Of a stretch of 64,000 nucleotides of DNA, positions 30,291 to 44,587 are shown one piece after another. The position numbers and the translations under genes are program-made. Location: the NCBI RefSeq assembly GCF_009914755.1, contig NC_060931.1. One strand, given 5' to 3'. Origin of the DNA: the human T2T-CHM13v2.0 reference genome, Homo sapiens. Each line of letters begins with the position of its first letter. The stretch's first letter is position 1. Below the pieces are notes generated by a model that worked only from the letters and a program-made list of their open reading frames with translations, was not told the origin of the DNA and made no database searches.

Positions 30291-30854
30291 AAAATACTTG
30301 GATTTTTTATTTCTTTTTATTTTTGCCTTTTCCTGGTAATTAACCATATTTTCTAAGAAACCTGAAGAATGAAGATTATTCGGCTTTTCTTTTGCAGGTG
30401 CAATGCTGCCGCAACTGATTATGTCATTTGTGCACTGCATAAGGATGCCGCGGCTAAGAAGCACCCACGCATTCACATCACATGCATCACATATTTGCAT
30501 CCTGATAATTTGCCAACATTGAGAGTCTAGTGTCTACTTCATCTCACAATACATCAGTCTCCTCATTTGTAAGATGAGATCAATAACAGTGCCCTACATC
30601 ATTGAATTGTGGTGAGGATTAAATGAGTTAATGAATATAAAAATTTCAAATGTTGTTAACTATTATTATTAACCAATTTTCACTCATGACCTTCATGTGC
30701 CATGTGCTAGAGACTGTACTAAGTGCTTTCGATGATATTTTGAAAACAATAAAAGGTAAAGGAAACAGAAGCTCACAGAAGTTAATTAACCAAGCCAAAA
30801 GGTAGCTTGGTTATCTGTTGGATTATGGAACACTAGTCTTGAAGAAAGTCACCA

Positions 30855-30922
30855 ATTCATTCATTCATTCATTCATTCATTCATTTATTCATTCACTCAC
30901 TCATTCATTCATTCATTCATTC
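30855..30922. repeat. (ATTC)n microsatellite, probably from an L2 tail
   Basis: ~17 units with a few variants. Confidence 0.92.
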
Positions 30923-32089
30923 CAGATAAATTTATAGAAGGAACAGGGATGAGGATCATGGAGCAGGTACTAGGCTAGTTACAATGCAAGGTGTTAAGTG
31001 ATCATTTAGCTCTCTAGGAAAGGTGCTGTGAAAGGAAGAATTCAGTCAGTATAGCAAAGGGAACACAAAGTCTTCATAGAGGAGGTAATTTAGGGGAAAG
31101 TAAGGTTGGAGGATCTCCCAAAAGCAGGGTCCAACATCTCCTGGTTTTTAAAATCAGTGCTGTTCATACTGTTCTTTCTCCCAATTCATCGGTTCTGGGC
31201 TGAGTGGCCAACATGGCTAGTGAGTGTTAAGAGATTGAATGATAACATCAAGATTAAATCAACACAGGTTTCATCTATACTGTAAACACTTACTACTGCT
31301 CCAAGAAGGAGTAGGTAGGAAGCTGTGAATAATGGCACACAAACCTTCTCCACTTTTGATAGAGAAACCCAGAGGACGTGATAAATACTAATATGTATCT
31401 GAAGAGTGCTGGATTCCTTATTAAGTACTTTGACATTCATTATTTTGTGGGATCGTCCTTACAATTATTTCTGATAAAGTTAAATGTTGTTACCTGCATT
31501 TTACAGATGAGGAAACTGAAGCTCTGTCAAGCTGAGAAATGTTAGAGCCTGAATTTGAACTTGGGTTTGCTAACTCTAAATTTGATGTTGTTTTCATTGT
31601 ATCTTATTGCTTTCCTTTCAAGGAAGTTATGCAACCAGGACTAAGAAAAAACTACTTCAATTACAATAGTATTGTAGCATGTCTTTCGTTTTTGAATTTT
31701 TTAATTTTTAAACTTTCTTGAATTTAAATTGGATATGTAACTGATGAAAATCTAGTTAAAATCATTTATTTCTATTACGATGTCTATTTCAATGTTTCGC
31801 AAATTTGAATGATAGCCGTACCCTTTCAAATAAAAAAAATGATTACAGGTCTCTAGTGCTCTCTTAAATTATATTTAGTATAATATTACTTAAATACGTG
31901 TAAACACAAAACCAGATATTAATTCATTTTTCCTCTAGCTTTTATAAAACATTTTATGACTGCAAACCACAACAAAGTTACAAAATAAATACAAATAATA
32001 CTTTAAAACCCAATACAATTCAAATTAAGAATATTAATTTAATGTGATAAATGGTAATATCTTGCTGAAGGTAGATCACTCGCACTGGC

Positions 32090-33507
32090 TTTTTAAAAAT
32101 TTTTTGTTTCAATAGTTTTTGAGGTATAAGTGATTTTATCATACATGGGTGAATTATATAGCGATGAATTCTGAGATTTTAGTGTACCCTTCACCTAAGT
32201 AGTATACATTGTACCTAATGTGTAATTTTTTATTCCTAGTCCTCCTCCCACTCTCCCCCTTCTGAGTCCTTAAAGTCCATTATATCACTCTGTGTGACTT
32301 TGCTTACTCACAGCTTAGCTCCCACTTATAAATGAGAACATATAGTTTTTGGTTTTCCTGTACTACTTCACTTAGAATAATGGCCTCCAGATCCATCCAA
32401 GATGCTGCAATAGACATTATTTCATTTATTTTAATAGGTGAGTAGTACTCCATGGTGTATACATACTACATTTTCTTTATCCACTCATTAGTCAATGGGC
32501 ACTTAGGTTGGTTCCACATCTTTGCAATTATGAATTTTGCTTCTATAAACATATGGGTGTAAGTGTCTTTTTTGTATAATAACTTCTTTTCCTTTGCGTA
32601 GATACCCAGGAGTGGGATTGCTAGATTGAATAGTGGATCTACTTTTAGCTCTATGAGGTAAAAGTTTAAACTGTATTGTTTTTCAGAGAGGTTTTACTAA
32701 TTAACATTCCCAACCAACAGTGTATAAGCATTCCCTTTTCTTCACATTCACGCCAACATGTATTGTTTTTTAACTTTTTAATAATGGCCATTATTTCAGG
32801 AGTACGGTGGTATCTCATTCTGGTTTTAGATTGCATTTCTCTGATGATTAGTGATGCTGAGCATTTTTTCCTATGTTTGTTGGCCATTTGTATATATTCT
32901 TTTGCGAAATGTTCATTCATGTCCGTTGTCCACTTTTTGATGGGATATTTGTTTTTTCTTGATGATTCACTGGAGTTCCTTGTAGATTCTGCTTACCAGT
33001 CCTTGTTGGATGTGTAGTTTGCAAATATTTTCTTCCTTTCTGTGGGTTGTCTGTTTACTCTGATTATTATTTCTTTTTCTGTACAAAAGCTTTGTAGTTT
33101 AATTCAGTCCCATTTATTTATTTTTGTTTTTGTTGTGTTTGCTTTTGGTGTCTTAGTCATGAATTCTTTGCCTATGCCGATGTCTAGAAGAGTTTTTCCA
33201 ACATTATCTTCTAGAATTTTTATAGTTTCAGGTTTTATATTTCAGTCTTTGATCCATCATGAGTTGACTTTTTTTTATAAGGTAAGAGACAGGAATCCAA
33301 TTACATTCTTCTGCATGTGGCTTGCCACTTTTCCCAGCATCACTTATTAAATAGTGTGTCCTTTCCCTAATTTATGTTTTTGTTTGCTTTGCCAAAGATC
33401 AGTTGACTATATGTATTTGGCTTTATTTCTGGGATCTCTGTTCTGTTCCATTGTCCCATATCCTTATTTTTTATACCAGTATCATGCTGTTTTGGTAACT
33501 ACAGCCT
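32090..33507 (-). mobile_element. 5'-truncated L1PB-type element
   Basis: L1PB-like 3' end (gaattctgagattttagtgtaccc); ORF2-like peptide at 32666-32920 ([13 protein letters not shown]...CWRECEEKG). Confidence 0.9.
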
Positions 33508-35605
33508 AGAAACATGTATTTATATATTCTATATCAATATGTTCTGCAAATCATTGTCATTAGTAGTATTATTTTTCTAACTTTTAACTTATTTTAACCA
33601 ATACTTTACCAAAATCCATTATATCCCATAATATAATACCAAAAATAAAGATAAAAAGCATGCAACAGAAAATTTTTCAATTATAGAATTACTACTATAC
33701 TTAGTGCTAAAACCCAAAATGGTGCATCTTCAGATAGAATGCAGGCAAGATACCCGCTCAAAGTGAGCATCAAACTAACTGCTTACAGGAAGGTTCCTTT
33801 GTATGCCCCATGCCTAGTACTCCAGGGGTACCACTGGGACCCATGTAATAACTAAAGTGTCTATCACTTTTCAAAATACGTTGGAAACCTTTGTCTTTAT
33901 AGAGCCTCACAATTTCATCTCTTCTGTTGCATCAATTGTATAATACATACACATATCTTCATTGTTTTTCTTATTAGCCTAAGACAAAGCAATACAAATT
34001 CTTCTGTACTGTAGGATATTAATAATGTTAAACCAAAATCTCAAATGATTAAAGTTAAAATCTTAGTCTATTAAGATGTTTTTGAATTGCAAACCAAATT
34101 AAAATTGCAATACTGACTTTTTAGGGGTCCTCTAGGTACCTACTTTATCTTGAATCTAATTACAGAAAGTGAACTGAAGATATAGTGGAATACTCAGTTA
34201 TTAGTTGATATAATAATCAAAAGAGAAAAATTTGTTAAAAACGCTCACAGGCATCTGTTTTGTCCACAGATTTCTCATCAAACCCTCTTTAGTACTGACA
34301 AATCAAATTTTCACTTTTCAGTAGAAGTTTTTTACTCCTAAATCTTCAACTCTCTAATTCCATGTAGAAGCTTAAAGATGGTGTGGTTGTTGCTTGCTGA
34401 CCCCTCCCACTTAGATGAGTTTCAGGAGGTTGGTATAATGTATCTCAGCTGAAAGCCTCATAGTCCATCATCTCAACTGGAAATTCTATATAAAACTTTC
34501 AAACAATCTCTTACCTTCTCTATATCGCACATACTTAAGTAGAGAAAAATAAACTTTCTTTCCCTTCCAATTATTTTAAAATTCAATTATGGCAACCAAA
34601 TTGAAAATAACCAATGAATTCTATGTTCTAATATTGTCAAATTGCTTTGCAATCATCAATATTAAGATTTAAGAAAAGCAAACAAGTAGAGAGTATTAGA
34701 ATACCTGAAGTTGAGTATAATTAGATGCCAAGTATGAAGGAATGTTTGTAAACAAAATGCTGCTAACAGCATAAAATAATTGGCATTTTCAATAGAAGGC
34801 TTTGACATTGGCTGGTTTTCAGATAATAGATATGATTCCCTGTTTGTGTATTAATATAGGGTTAGATTAGCCAGGACTTGCTAATGGGAAAATAAAACAC
34901 ACAACACAAATATTTTGAGATGGATAGTGTTATGGGGTTGGCTGGGTAAGAATAGATGACAAAGAGTGGAATAATTTTCCTTTAATATAATTTAGAGACA
35001 TCCTATATTTGGAGAATGAGTCTGTCTGCACAGTGTCTAAAAGTCCACCATCACTATGGTATCAGGTGGTGTGACTATGGATATGATTTATATGTAAAGT
35101 GGCTGAAGGGAACAGGACTAAGAATGGTGGTCAGCACAATTTTAGGTAAAGTTGAGTGAGATAGTAAAAACTGTAGGAAAAAAAAACAGTATCAGGGAAA
35201 TGGATCAAGTTATTGAAGAGATATTCCAATATTATTTTGAAGTAAATATCAATGATCAGATTATTTATAATATTGCAGAAGGTGTGTTACAAAAGGAAAT
35301 TACATAGATTTTTGTTTGCTTCTTGTAGCCATCTTATCAAAGGAAGAAACTCTCAGAGACATATAACGCTCTGGATATATAGAAACAACACAAACTCTTG
35401 TATAACACTCCAGTGAAATATTTATAGCACATACATGTCAAAAAATAGGGCAATTTATGGGATAGAGGAAGAGTAGCTTTTAGACTAAATGGTGAATTCG
35501 GCCCCAGAATCCTCCTCTGCTTCCCCTGCCTGTTGCTAGCCCCTTGACATCTTCCTTTTCTGTTTCTTCCTCCATCTGAAAAACAATCTTTACAAAAAGG
35601 CTTTG

Positions 35606-35889
35606 GGCAGGGCACTGTGGCCGACAGATGTAATCTCAGCATTTTGGGAGGCTGAGGTGGGATGAGAGATAGCTTGAGGTCGGGAGTCCGAGATGAGCCT
35701 GGGCAACATAGCAATACTCTGTCTCTACAAAAATTTAAAAAATTAGCTGGGTGTGGTGGCATACTCCTGTAGTCCCAACTCCTTGGGAGGCTGAGGCAGG
35801 AGAATCATTTGAGCCCAGGAGTTTGAGGCTACAGGGAGCTGTAACGATGCCACTGAACTCCATCTTGAGTGACAGAGTAAAATCCTCTC
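35606..35889 (+). mobile_element. AluJ
   Basis: gcctgggcaacatagc, ttgagcccaggagtttgaggct; degenerate TSD containing aaaaggc on both sides of Alu plus tail. Confidence 0.9.
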
Positions 35890-35891
35890 GA

Positions 35892-35987
<96 letters not shown>

Positions 35988-36031
35988 AGGAAAGAAAGAA
36001 AGAAAGAAGGAAAGAAAGAAAGAAAGAAGGA

Positions 36032-36087
<56 letters not shown>
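35890..36087 (+). repeat. (GAAA)n tract, ~49 units, in the Alu tail
   Basis: (GAAA)24 [GAAG(GAAA)4]2 GAAG (GAAA)14 GA. Confidence 0.98.
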
Positions 36088-36948
36088 CACAAAAGGCACT
36101 GTATACAGTCTTACTTTTAACATTTAAATTTACCAGAGGGAGATGAAAATAGTAACATAATTCCAAATGTCTTATATTTGTCTTTCCTATTTCCATCCAA
36201 CACTATGTACAAGGTAAAAGGTTTTCAGTCAGATGTCTACTTACCTAGGGCCAAGAAAGCTAAGTTCTAATCTAGATTCTGTCTTTGATACACTGGGAGC
36301 TTATTTCCAATAGCCTCATTTGCCATAATTTTGCCTTGGTTATGAAGAGAGTGAAGGCATTAAGAAAGACATGCAAATCTGCAGTGAACATTCAAGGACT
36401 AGCACCTTGTCTCCCATATGTTCAGCCTAATTCCGCCTCTCATCAGCTGCTGAAATAACCTCATATTTGCCTCTTTTCAGACACTAGTCAATGTGTTCTT
36501 TTAGCCCAGGGAAGAAATTCTTCTAAATAAATCCTGACACCTATTCAGACCTATTGATGGCAAATATTACCTCTTCTAGGATACCCTCAAATAGACTGAA
36601 CTCTTCTCCTTTGGATTTTTGAAAATTATTTGAGTGAACAATTCTAAGTGCTCTGGTTACATTTTGTTATATAAGGCTACTCATTTTACTTTTTTCACAC
36701 TAAGGTTTATGATGGAAGTAATTGAGTTTTTTAAGCTTAGTGTTTGTGTCATTCACAGGGCATGAAATGTTGCCTTACACATATATGTGCACAAGGCAGG
36801 AGTAATAACTTGAACAGGGAGGAGGACGAGAATGAGAAGGTTGGAGATGAAACACTTGCCCGGCCTGATAGCTCCCTGATGCCTCCCATTGGTCCCAGGG
36901 GTCCACCAGTAGGAAAATCTGTTACTGTATTTACATCAAATACAGATT

Positions 36949-37039
36949 CTTTTTTTTTTGAGATGGAGTTTGAGTTTTGCTCTTGTTGCCCAGGCTGGTG
37001 CGATCTTGGCTCACTGTAACCTCTGCCTCCCAGGTTCAA
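36949..37039 (-). mobile_element. Alu 3'-end fragment (Sq/Sp-like)
   Basis: T-tail, gagatggag, gctcttgttgccc; stops abruptly at ggttcaa. Confidence 0.92.
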
Positions 37040-37400
37040 ACTGAGGCTAAACTGAGGCTTGACTGAGGCTGGGGTGGCTGTTTTCTCTGGCTTATGTGGT
37101 GGGAAAGGACTTCCCTGCTAGAAGAAACCTCCAAACCCGTAAGACCCTTCTCTGAGAGGGGAGAAAAGAGTGGGCTCAGTTTACCTAAAGTTAATCACTG
37201 TGTGCCCTTCACAGTCAGTGCTAACATATAAACACTAACAATTTTCATAGGATTTATTGTTTTCATCAGGCATGTAACTCTCTAATGGCCATTCTGAGGG
37301 ATGCCATGGGAGCTCTTAATCCTGCTGGTTCTATTCCACACCCTGGACTACCATGAGATGTTGAGGGGACATAACAAGGTACTTCTTCCACTTCTGGGTG

Positions 37401-37722
<322 letters not shown>

Positions 37723-37743
37723 CAAATACAGATTTTTACACCC

Positions 37744-38207
37744 TGTGGTAGACAGAATAGTACCCCCCACCCCACAACATATGTCTATGTCTTCATCTCA
37801 GGAACCTGTGAATATGTTACCATACTTGGCACACAGGACATTGCAGTTATTGTTAAATTGAGACTCTTTAAATGGGATGATGATCATGGATTATCCTAGT
37901 GGGCGTAATGTAATCACAAGCACACTTACAAGAGACAGGTACCAGGTTGAAATGATGAGCTTTGAAGATGGTGGAAGGGACTGCAGGCCAAGTAATGTAG
38001 GTGGCCTCTGGAAGCTAGAAAAGGCAAGAAATGGATTCTCCCCTAGAGTCTCCAGAAAGAATGCAGCTCTGCTGACTCTTGATTTTAGCCCATATGACTC
38101 ATTTCCGACTTCTGACCTCCAGAACTGTAAGATCGTAAATTTGCATCATTTTAAGCCATTCCATTTGTGGTAATTTTTTTTCATAGTAGCCATAGGAAAC
38201 AAATACA
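37744..38207 (+). mobile_element. MLT1D-like solo LTR
   Basis: tgtggtagacagaat start; ggattctcccctagag, tctgacctccagaactgtaag; aataca end. Confidence 0.87.
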
Positions 38208-38513
38208 GACCAGGCTCAAGAACTCATATTCTCTGGATGGAACCTACAGCTGCCTTTTAAGTAAGCTACAGCTACACAGTTGACTATTATGCTCAACATT
38301 TGAGACCCTCTTCTTTAAAACTGTATTCCCTTTCTGTGCAATGGAATTTAACTACCCAATGTTCCAGTCCCTAAGTCCAAGTAAAATTGAGACCATTATT
38401 TTCATAAAATTTATCATGTATGAATACAAGAGTGATTAGGAAAGTAGTATAGGCTTCTCTCAAGGCCCTCCTTCCATATTCAAATGTAAAACTATGTTTG
38501 AACAATGGCTTTC

Positions 38514-39184
38514 TATTTCAGACTGAAGGGAATTCCCCTAAAATTCACAGGTTGAAGCCATAACCCCCAATGTGACTGGTCTTGGAGACAGGGCCTTTAA
38601 ATAAGTAATGAGGGTTAAATGATGCCCTAAGGGTGGGGCCATAATCCAATATGACTGGTGTAGTTATAAAAAGAGTCAAAGATGGCCAGGCGCGGTGGCT
38701 CAAGCCACCTAACCCAGCACTGTGGGAGGCCAAGGCGGGCGGATCACGAGGTCAGGAGATCGAGACCATCCTGGCTAACATGGTGAAACCCTGTCTCTAC
38801 TAAAAATACAAAAAAATTAGCCGGGTGTGGTGGTTGGCCCCTGTAGAATGGCGTGAACCCGGGAGGCGGAGCTTGCAGTGAGCCAAGATCACAGCACTGC
38901 ATTCCAGCCTGGATGACAGAGACAGACTCTTGTCTCAAAAAAAAAAAAAAAAAAAAAAGAGTCAAAGACACCTGGCATGTGTGTGTACAGAGAAAAGGCC
39001 ATCTGGGAACACAGAAAGAAGACAATCATTTACAAGCTAAGGGGAGAGGCCTTAGAAGAAACCAAACCTCCTGACAGCTTGATCTTGAACTTCCAGCCTC
39101 CAGAACCACAAGAATATAAATTTCAATTATTTCAACCACCCAGTCTGTGCTCTTTTGTTATGGCAGTCCTAGGAAACAAATACA
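38514..39184 (+). mobile_element. MLT1A-like solo LTR interrupted by AluY
   Basis: acccccaatgtgact, taatccaatatgactggtg, cttccagcctccagaac, aataca end. Confidence 0.87.
38684..38953 (+). mobile_element. AluY with ~30-bp internal deletion
   Basis: TSD aaaaagagtcaaaga; junction cctgtag|aatggcgtg lacks tcccagctactcgggaggctgaggcagg. Confidence 0.95.
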
Positions 39185-42100
39185 TGTTTGTAACCCAAGT
39201 TCCTATTATTTCTATTTACCTAAAAGGGTTAATCTAATAGTTAGGATTTCCATTACCTGACACTCATTTACCACTCATTAAGTACCACCTACCATGCTAA
39301 GGTCTTTTCTTCTATAATCCTCCCAACAATTCTACAAAGGTGATATTATTTTCTCTGTTTTACAGATTATAACACTGGGACTCAGGGAGGTTACACTTGG
39401 ATACAGAACATGTGCAGACACACAAGGGAGCTACGACTCAAGCCAATGTCTGAAGGATCCCACTCTGATACACGGCTTCCCTCATTACTGCCACTTACTG
39501 AACTCCAGCTATGTGCCAGGTATCATGAGACAAATGGGAGGTTGTATTTTGTCTCAGGAGTATTACCCGTAGCTAAGGAAGGCTGTCAGGAAGCAAGGGG
39601 TAAATTTGGTAACTGGGAGTACTATACACGAATTGAGTGGATGAAGATACATGTCTACTTCTTTATTATAATTCTAGATCACTAAGCAACAGTCACATTA
39701 TTACCTGGATTCAAAGGCTGTTTCCACAGCAATAACAGTGTAAACAAATGAAACAAAAAAACCATAATGTGGAGCCTAATGGTTAATCTCAATGACTACA
39801 AGATGCCTGCAGTCATAGTAAGCATGTTTCTTATTTACAATCCTTTCAGAAAGTAAATGGAAACCATGTGAAGATGGGAGTAAGCCTAGAATTTCAGTAA
39901 TATGTGTGAACCTGTAGCAGGGCATGGCTTCCTTAAATGCTGCTCTGATACCCTGCCACTTGGGAGCCAGCAGCTTTATAAAGGTAAACACAGCTGATTG
40001 GCTTTAACTTTCCTGGAATACATCTGACATCCCCTTTAGCCTTCGAGACCATTAAGATTTTGGCCAGGTCTTTAAATAGGTCATTTGATTTCCCCCAGGT
40101 TTTGACTTCTGATCATGAAAGCCCATCACATTTGCTAGCTTAAAGCAATTTTTATTTGTCACTGTGGAGAAATGGTATGGTCCAGATTTTATGCTGAATG
40201 TAGGATTCTAAAAATTGGGTGTTTATTTCTTGTTTTCTCATTGATTCACTATATTTTTGCAAGTAATTTAATCTCTGCATATCTATTTATCAATTATTAG
40301 TCTGGGAAACATAATTTTTTGAAATTCACAAGCTCCTCAAAAGAATATGAATTCCTCTCTGCCCCATTATTAATAGGCCTCAGAAATGTTGTTTCTCTCC
40401 TCTGAGACCATACTAATTATTACTGTATCTTGTTTATGTAAATAAGACTGTGTAGTGCTTTAAAAAATAATAACTAGATACAATAAGTCATTTGAAACCT
40501 TGAAATATGGAAAGGACAATGAAAAACAGTAAATCTGACCCCACGATTAATGATTTGAGCATCAAAAAGTCAAAATAGCACAATGATTGTAGGTTTCTTC
40601 CAGAGTCTTCAATCTAAACATCAGATTATGAACCATAATCAATATTATAAAATGTTATTTCCAAATTCTAGGGTATATTTTCAAATTACTCTTAATATGG
40701 CTTTGATCTATTTGGTATATCGTTGTTCTCCCACTATCCTAGTGCCTAAAGTTCAAAGAAATGACACAGTATGTAATCACAATGTAAAAAATTACGAGAT
40801 TATTTTAAGATATTTTAAATGTAAATTGTTTCCTTTATTGTTTTTGGCAATAGCAACATTGTTAAGAATATTAAGTCCTTTGGTTTGGTTATAGCATCAA
40901 TACGAATCCAAGTGTGTAGTGCCTTAATCAGTTTCTAAATACTTCTAGGTTTTCAAATAAAAAGCAATTTGTATAAATGAATTGTCAAACTGTCTAATCC
41001 TTTCAGTTGTTTATAAGTACTTGGACAGTTCACCATCACCACAAATCCTACATTTATCAAATTAAAACACCTTTCTTCTAGGCAAGCTATTTTCTCCTCA
41101 TGACCCCAGTATCTGCCGCTCTTGACAGTTTTTCAAAAACCTGGATTGTTTTCTCAACTCCTTCCTTTTCCTGTCTTGTATTATCTTCATCAGGTGCAAC
41201 ATTTACCAAATGATTTCTTTGTTCCAGATGATGTGCTGGATACTAAAAATACAGAGAAAGGAAAATACTTGGCTCTTGGATTTTTCATATATTTCACTAT
41301 ACAGAAAGTTACTGAGTCCTCCCAGTTTTCCCTTTCAAATGTCTGTATCATGCTGCCATTTCAACTTGTCTAAATCCTCACCACCTCATACATGTATTAA
41401 TGTAACATCTACTTCAGAGCCAAATTTATTCTTTGCCACTTCTATTTCTGTCCCCTATCTCTCATTACTTCTAAAAATAATGATGCACACCATTGTTATT
41501 CTAACTTTCCTTTGGGCCTTTGTTTTTTTATTTCTTTGCTCAAAAGTCAATAATTATTAATGTACTATATCTTACTTCAATAATCAATGCAAATGGCCAA
41601 ATAACGTTGTGTTCAATAATACCCAAAACGTCAATTCCAGACTTTCTAGCTTCTTGGTACCCCATTATTCACCATCACAAAGTTGAATTCTCGTTGGCTT
41701 TGTTCGTGTTTTTTTTTTCGCAGATCTGGAAGAGTTGCCATGCTCTTTTGAATTTACATAAATTCTTAACATCTCCTTAGCTGAGGCTCAAGCTTCAATA
41801 TCTAACTAGTTCCAGCTTCATAGGATACCTATGTCTTGAATATCAATTAAATTTCTGGGTTTTAATGCATAATACAATACTTTTATGTAGACTAATATTA
41901 GTCTTTTTCATTTTGCCTATATTATCTCGATGGAAGAATCCAGTGAACTGTCCTTCCAGGTTATTTACCATACACAAATGTTGGTTGGGTACAATAGGTA
42001 CAAAACAAATAGATACAAAATAAATACTTTCCCATAATCATGAATCACTGAGTGAGGTTATACATGTTTCCGGGTCTTACACATTGTGGCTATAATTACA

Positions 42101-44215
42101 GGCAATATAGATCACTGAGGCTTAACTAGAAATGAAATTTCATGTGGTAAATTCACAACATTTTCCTTTTCTAATTTCCCACTTATTTTATCTATTCTGT
42201 TATTTGGATATCTTGATTGGTTCATGTTTTTACACCAGTGACTGTTACAATATCCCCTCTAATTAAAGTGTACATTCTCAAAAACTTTCTTTACTCCACC
42301 AACACCTGAGTTTGGTTCACATTAAACATAAATTTATGTTGTTAAAATGATTGAGACAGAGTTTAACTCCACAGCTTTTCTTTAACAGGAAAAAATGCTT
42401 CTAAACTGAACCTACAACCTTATGGCTGCATGCCTTGGTTTCGGGGTTACCGTTCTAGAAAGAGGACCTGAAGATGGGTGTATTGAAAAACTGGAACATG
42501 GAGAATGTTTTGCTGTGAGTGTGCATGTGTGTGCATGTGGATGTGTGAATAATGACAATTACATATTGTAATGATGATGTCAACATGTAGTTTAATCTTA
42601 AAAGATATATAGGCATTTACCAGAACATAAAATGAGAGCAAGTCCAGAGACCTGAAGAGTCTGTTATTTTACTTGCCTGACACTCTACCGTTAAGCATGT
42701 TGGATCTAGCTCCTCAGTTTTACCTGCCATCCAGCATCTGTTAAATTGTTCCCACCCTTTTAGTGTTTTGATTATCCCCAGTCATGGTCCCTGTTCCACC
42801 AGCAGAGAAGCTGGAAAGTTTCCATGCGATAAATAGGCAGCATGTCAGCCAGGGAGCCCACCCTTTTTGCTCTTTGACAAGTGACACATGTCATCTTTCT
42901 GACACTACTATCAGCTGCATTTCCATATGCCATGCTTCACATGACATTTCAGGCAACGCCATGTCTTCTTTTATAAAAGCCTTTTGCAGTTTTGTTCTGA
43001 TAAATGAACAAAGAGTGAAAATAAAAGATCAGTAAAATAGATGGCTTTTAAACTCTCTTCATTTATTATAATCCAGAAAAATGTTTGTGGTAAGTTGTGT
43101 TTAATCAGTATACATAGTTTTCACTCTCTAGATAAAAACATTCAACACAATTTTACATAGTGCTGCCAATAATTTTGGTTTTGACTTAGGCATAGAGTAA
43201 CTTAGATGCAAACAGCAGACGGATGTGGAAAAAAGGTGAATAATTATTTGTGCTTCATATCAGGCTCTAGGAGAATAGCTAGGGATAACTTGGCAATACT
43301 CTGTTTCAGTATTAAGTGATGTGAAGAGATGAAACTATGCAAACACAGGTTTGTTGTAACATCTGTTAAGCTAAAAACACATCCTAAAGAATTGTGTTGA
43401 TTAAATTACACATTTTCACAGTTCTAAATGAGCACCTGTTCTGTCCAATTTTAGATGACCATGCTCCATTTGCTGTGGTAATAAAACTCAAATAATAATA
43501 AATACAGTGTAAAACTCTGACCACAATATCCCAATGCTGATGTAGATGATTAAGATTGAACTTCAAATCCTACAACACTTCAGGATAAATGGCCTAAAGC
43601 AGGAACCAGTGTATAATTGCTTTTAAGAGTTTTGTTAGATATAGAACAAATGTGAGCTTCTATTTTTCAGCACAGATTACAATTAATTCTAGTAATTTTA
43701 AAAGCTTTTGAACAATAGTTAAAACATTACTTTACAATTATATGATATTTAAATATCCCTTAAAATTTCAATATTACTATCATGCAAAGCATATAACATT
43801 AAAATGTAAAATAAAGTATATATTTTATATGAAACTATTAAGTCATGTAATAAATACCATTTTAGTTAAGATTTATCTTCCAAACTGGAGTAGGAAGAAA
43901 GGAATTATATAATTACAGGCACAGAAGATAGATAATTAATACCTAAAAATAACAAAATTAGGTACTTATATAGAACACTTCACAGCATTACCAAACATAC
44001 AGTATCCTACTTGCTTTTTGCCATTTCCTCATCTGTAAAGTGGGACAATCATTGTACTTACCTCATTGTTTTCACAAATGAAATGTGTTCATAAATGTAG
44101 GCAAAGTACCCACAGCAGTGCTAGGCACATAAGAGGCATCATGTAATTGTTAGTTATTAATGTTACCTACATAATATGTATAACAGGGAGAACTGAGTAA
44201 GTTCATATAAAGCAC

Positions 44216-44587
44216 TGATATGGTTTGGATTTGTGTCTCCAAATCTCACGTGGAATTGTAATCCCCAGTGGTTGGAAGAGGGGCCTGGTGGGATCATGGG
44301 GACAGATTTCCCCTTTGCTGTTCTCATAATAGTGAGCCAGTTCTCACAAGATCTGATTGTTTACAAGTGTGTATGTAGCACCTCCCCCTTCTGTCTTATT
44401 CCTGCTCCAGCCAGGTAAGACAAGACATGTCTGCCTTCCCTTCCACCATGATTGGAAGTTTCCTGAGGCCTCCCCAGCCATGCTATCTGTAAAGTCGGCA
44501 GAATTGTGAGTCGATTAAACCTCTTTTCTTTATAAATTACCCAGTTTCAGCTATTTCTTTATAGCAGTGCAAGAATGGACTAATATA
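44216..44587 (+). mobile_element. MSTA/THE1D-type solo LTR
   Basis: tgatatggtttgg start; perfect 5-bp TSD agcac. Confidence 0.92.

Noticed and set aside
30787-30813. 9-bp inverted repeat taaccaagc/gcttggtta
   Set aside because: Short enough to occur by chance in 64 kb.
35735-36196. Long ORFs with KKER and FFLS repeats
   Set aside because: Translations of the (GAAA)n tract and AluJ, not genes.
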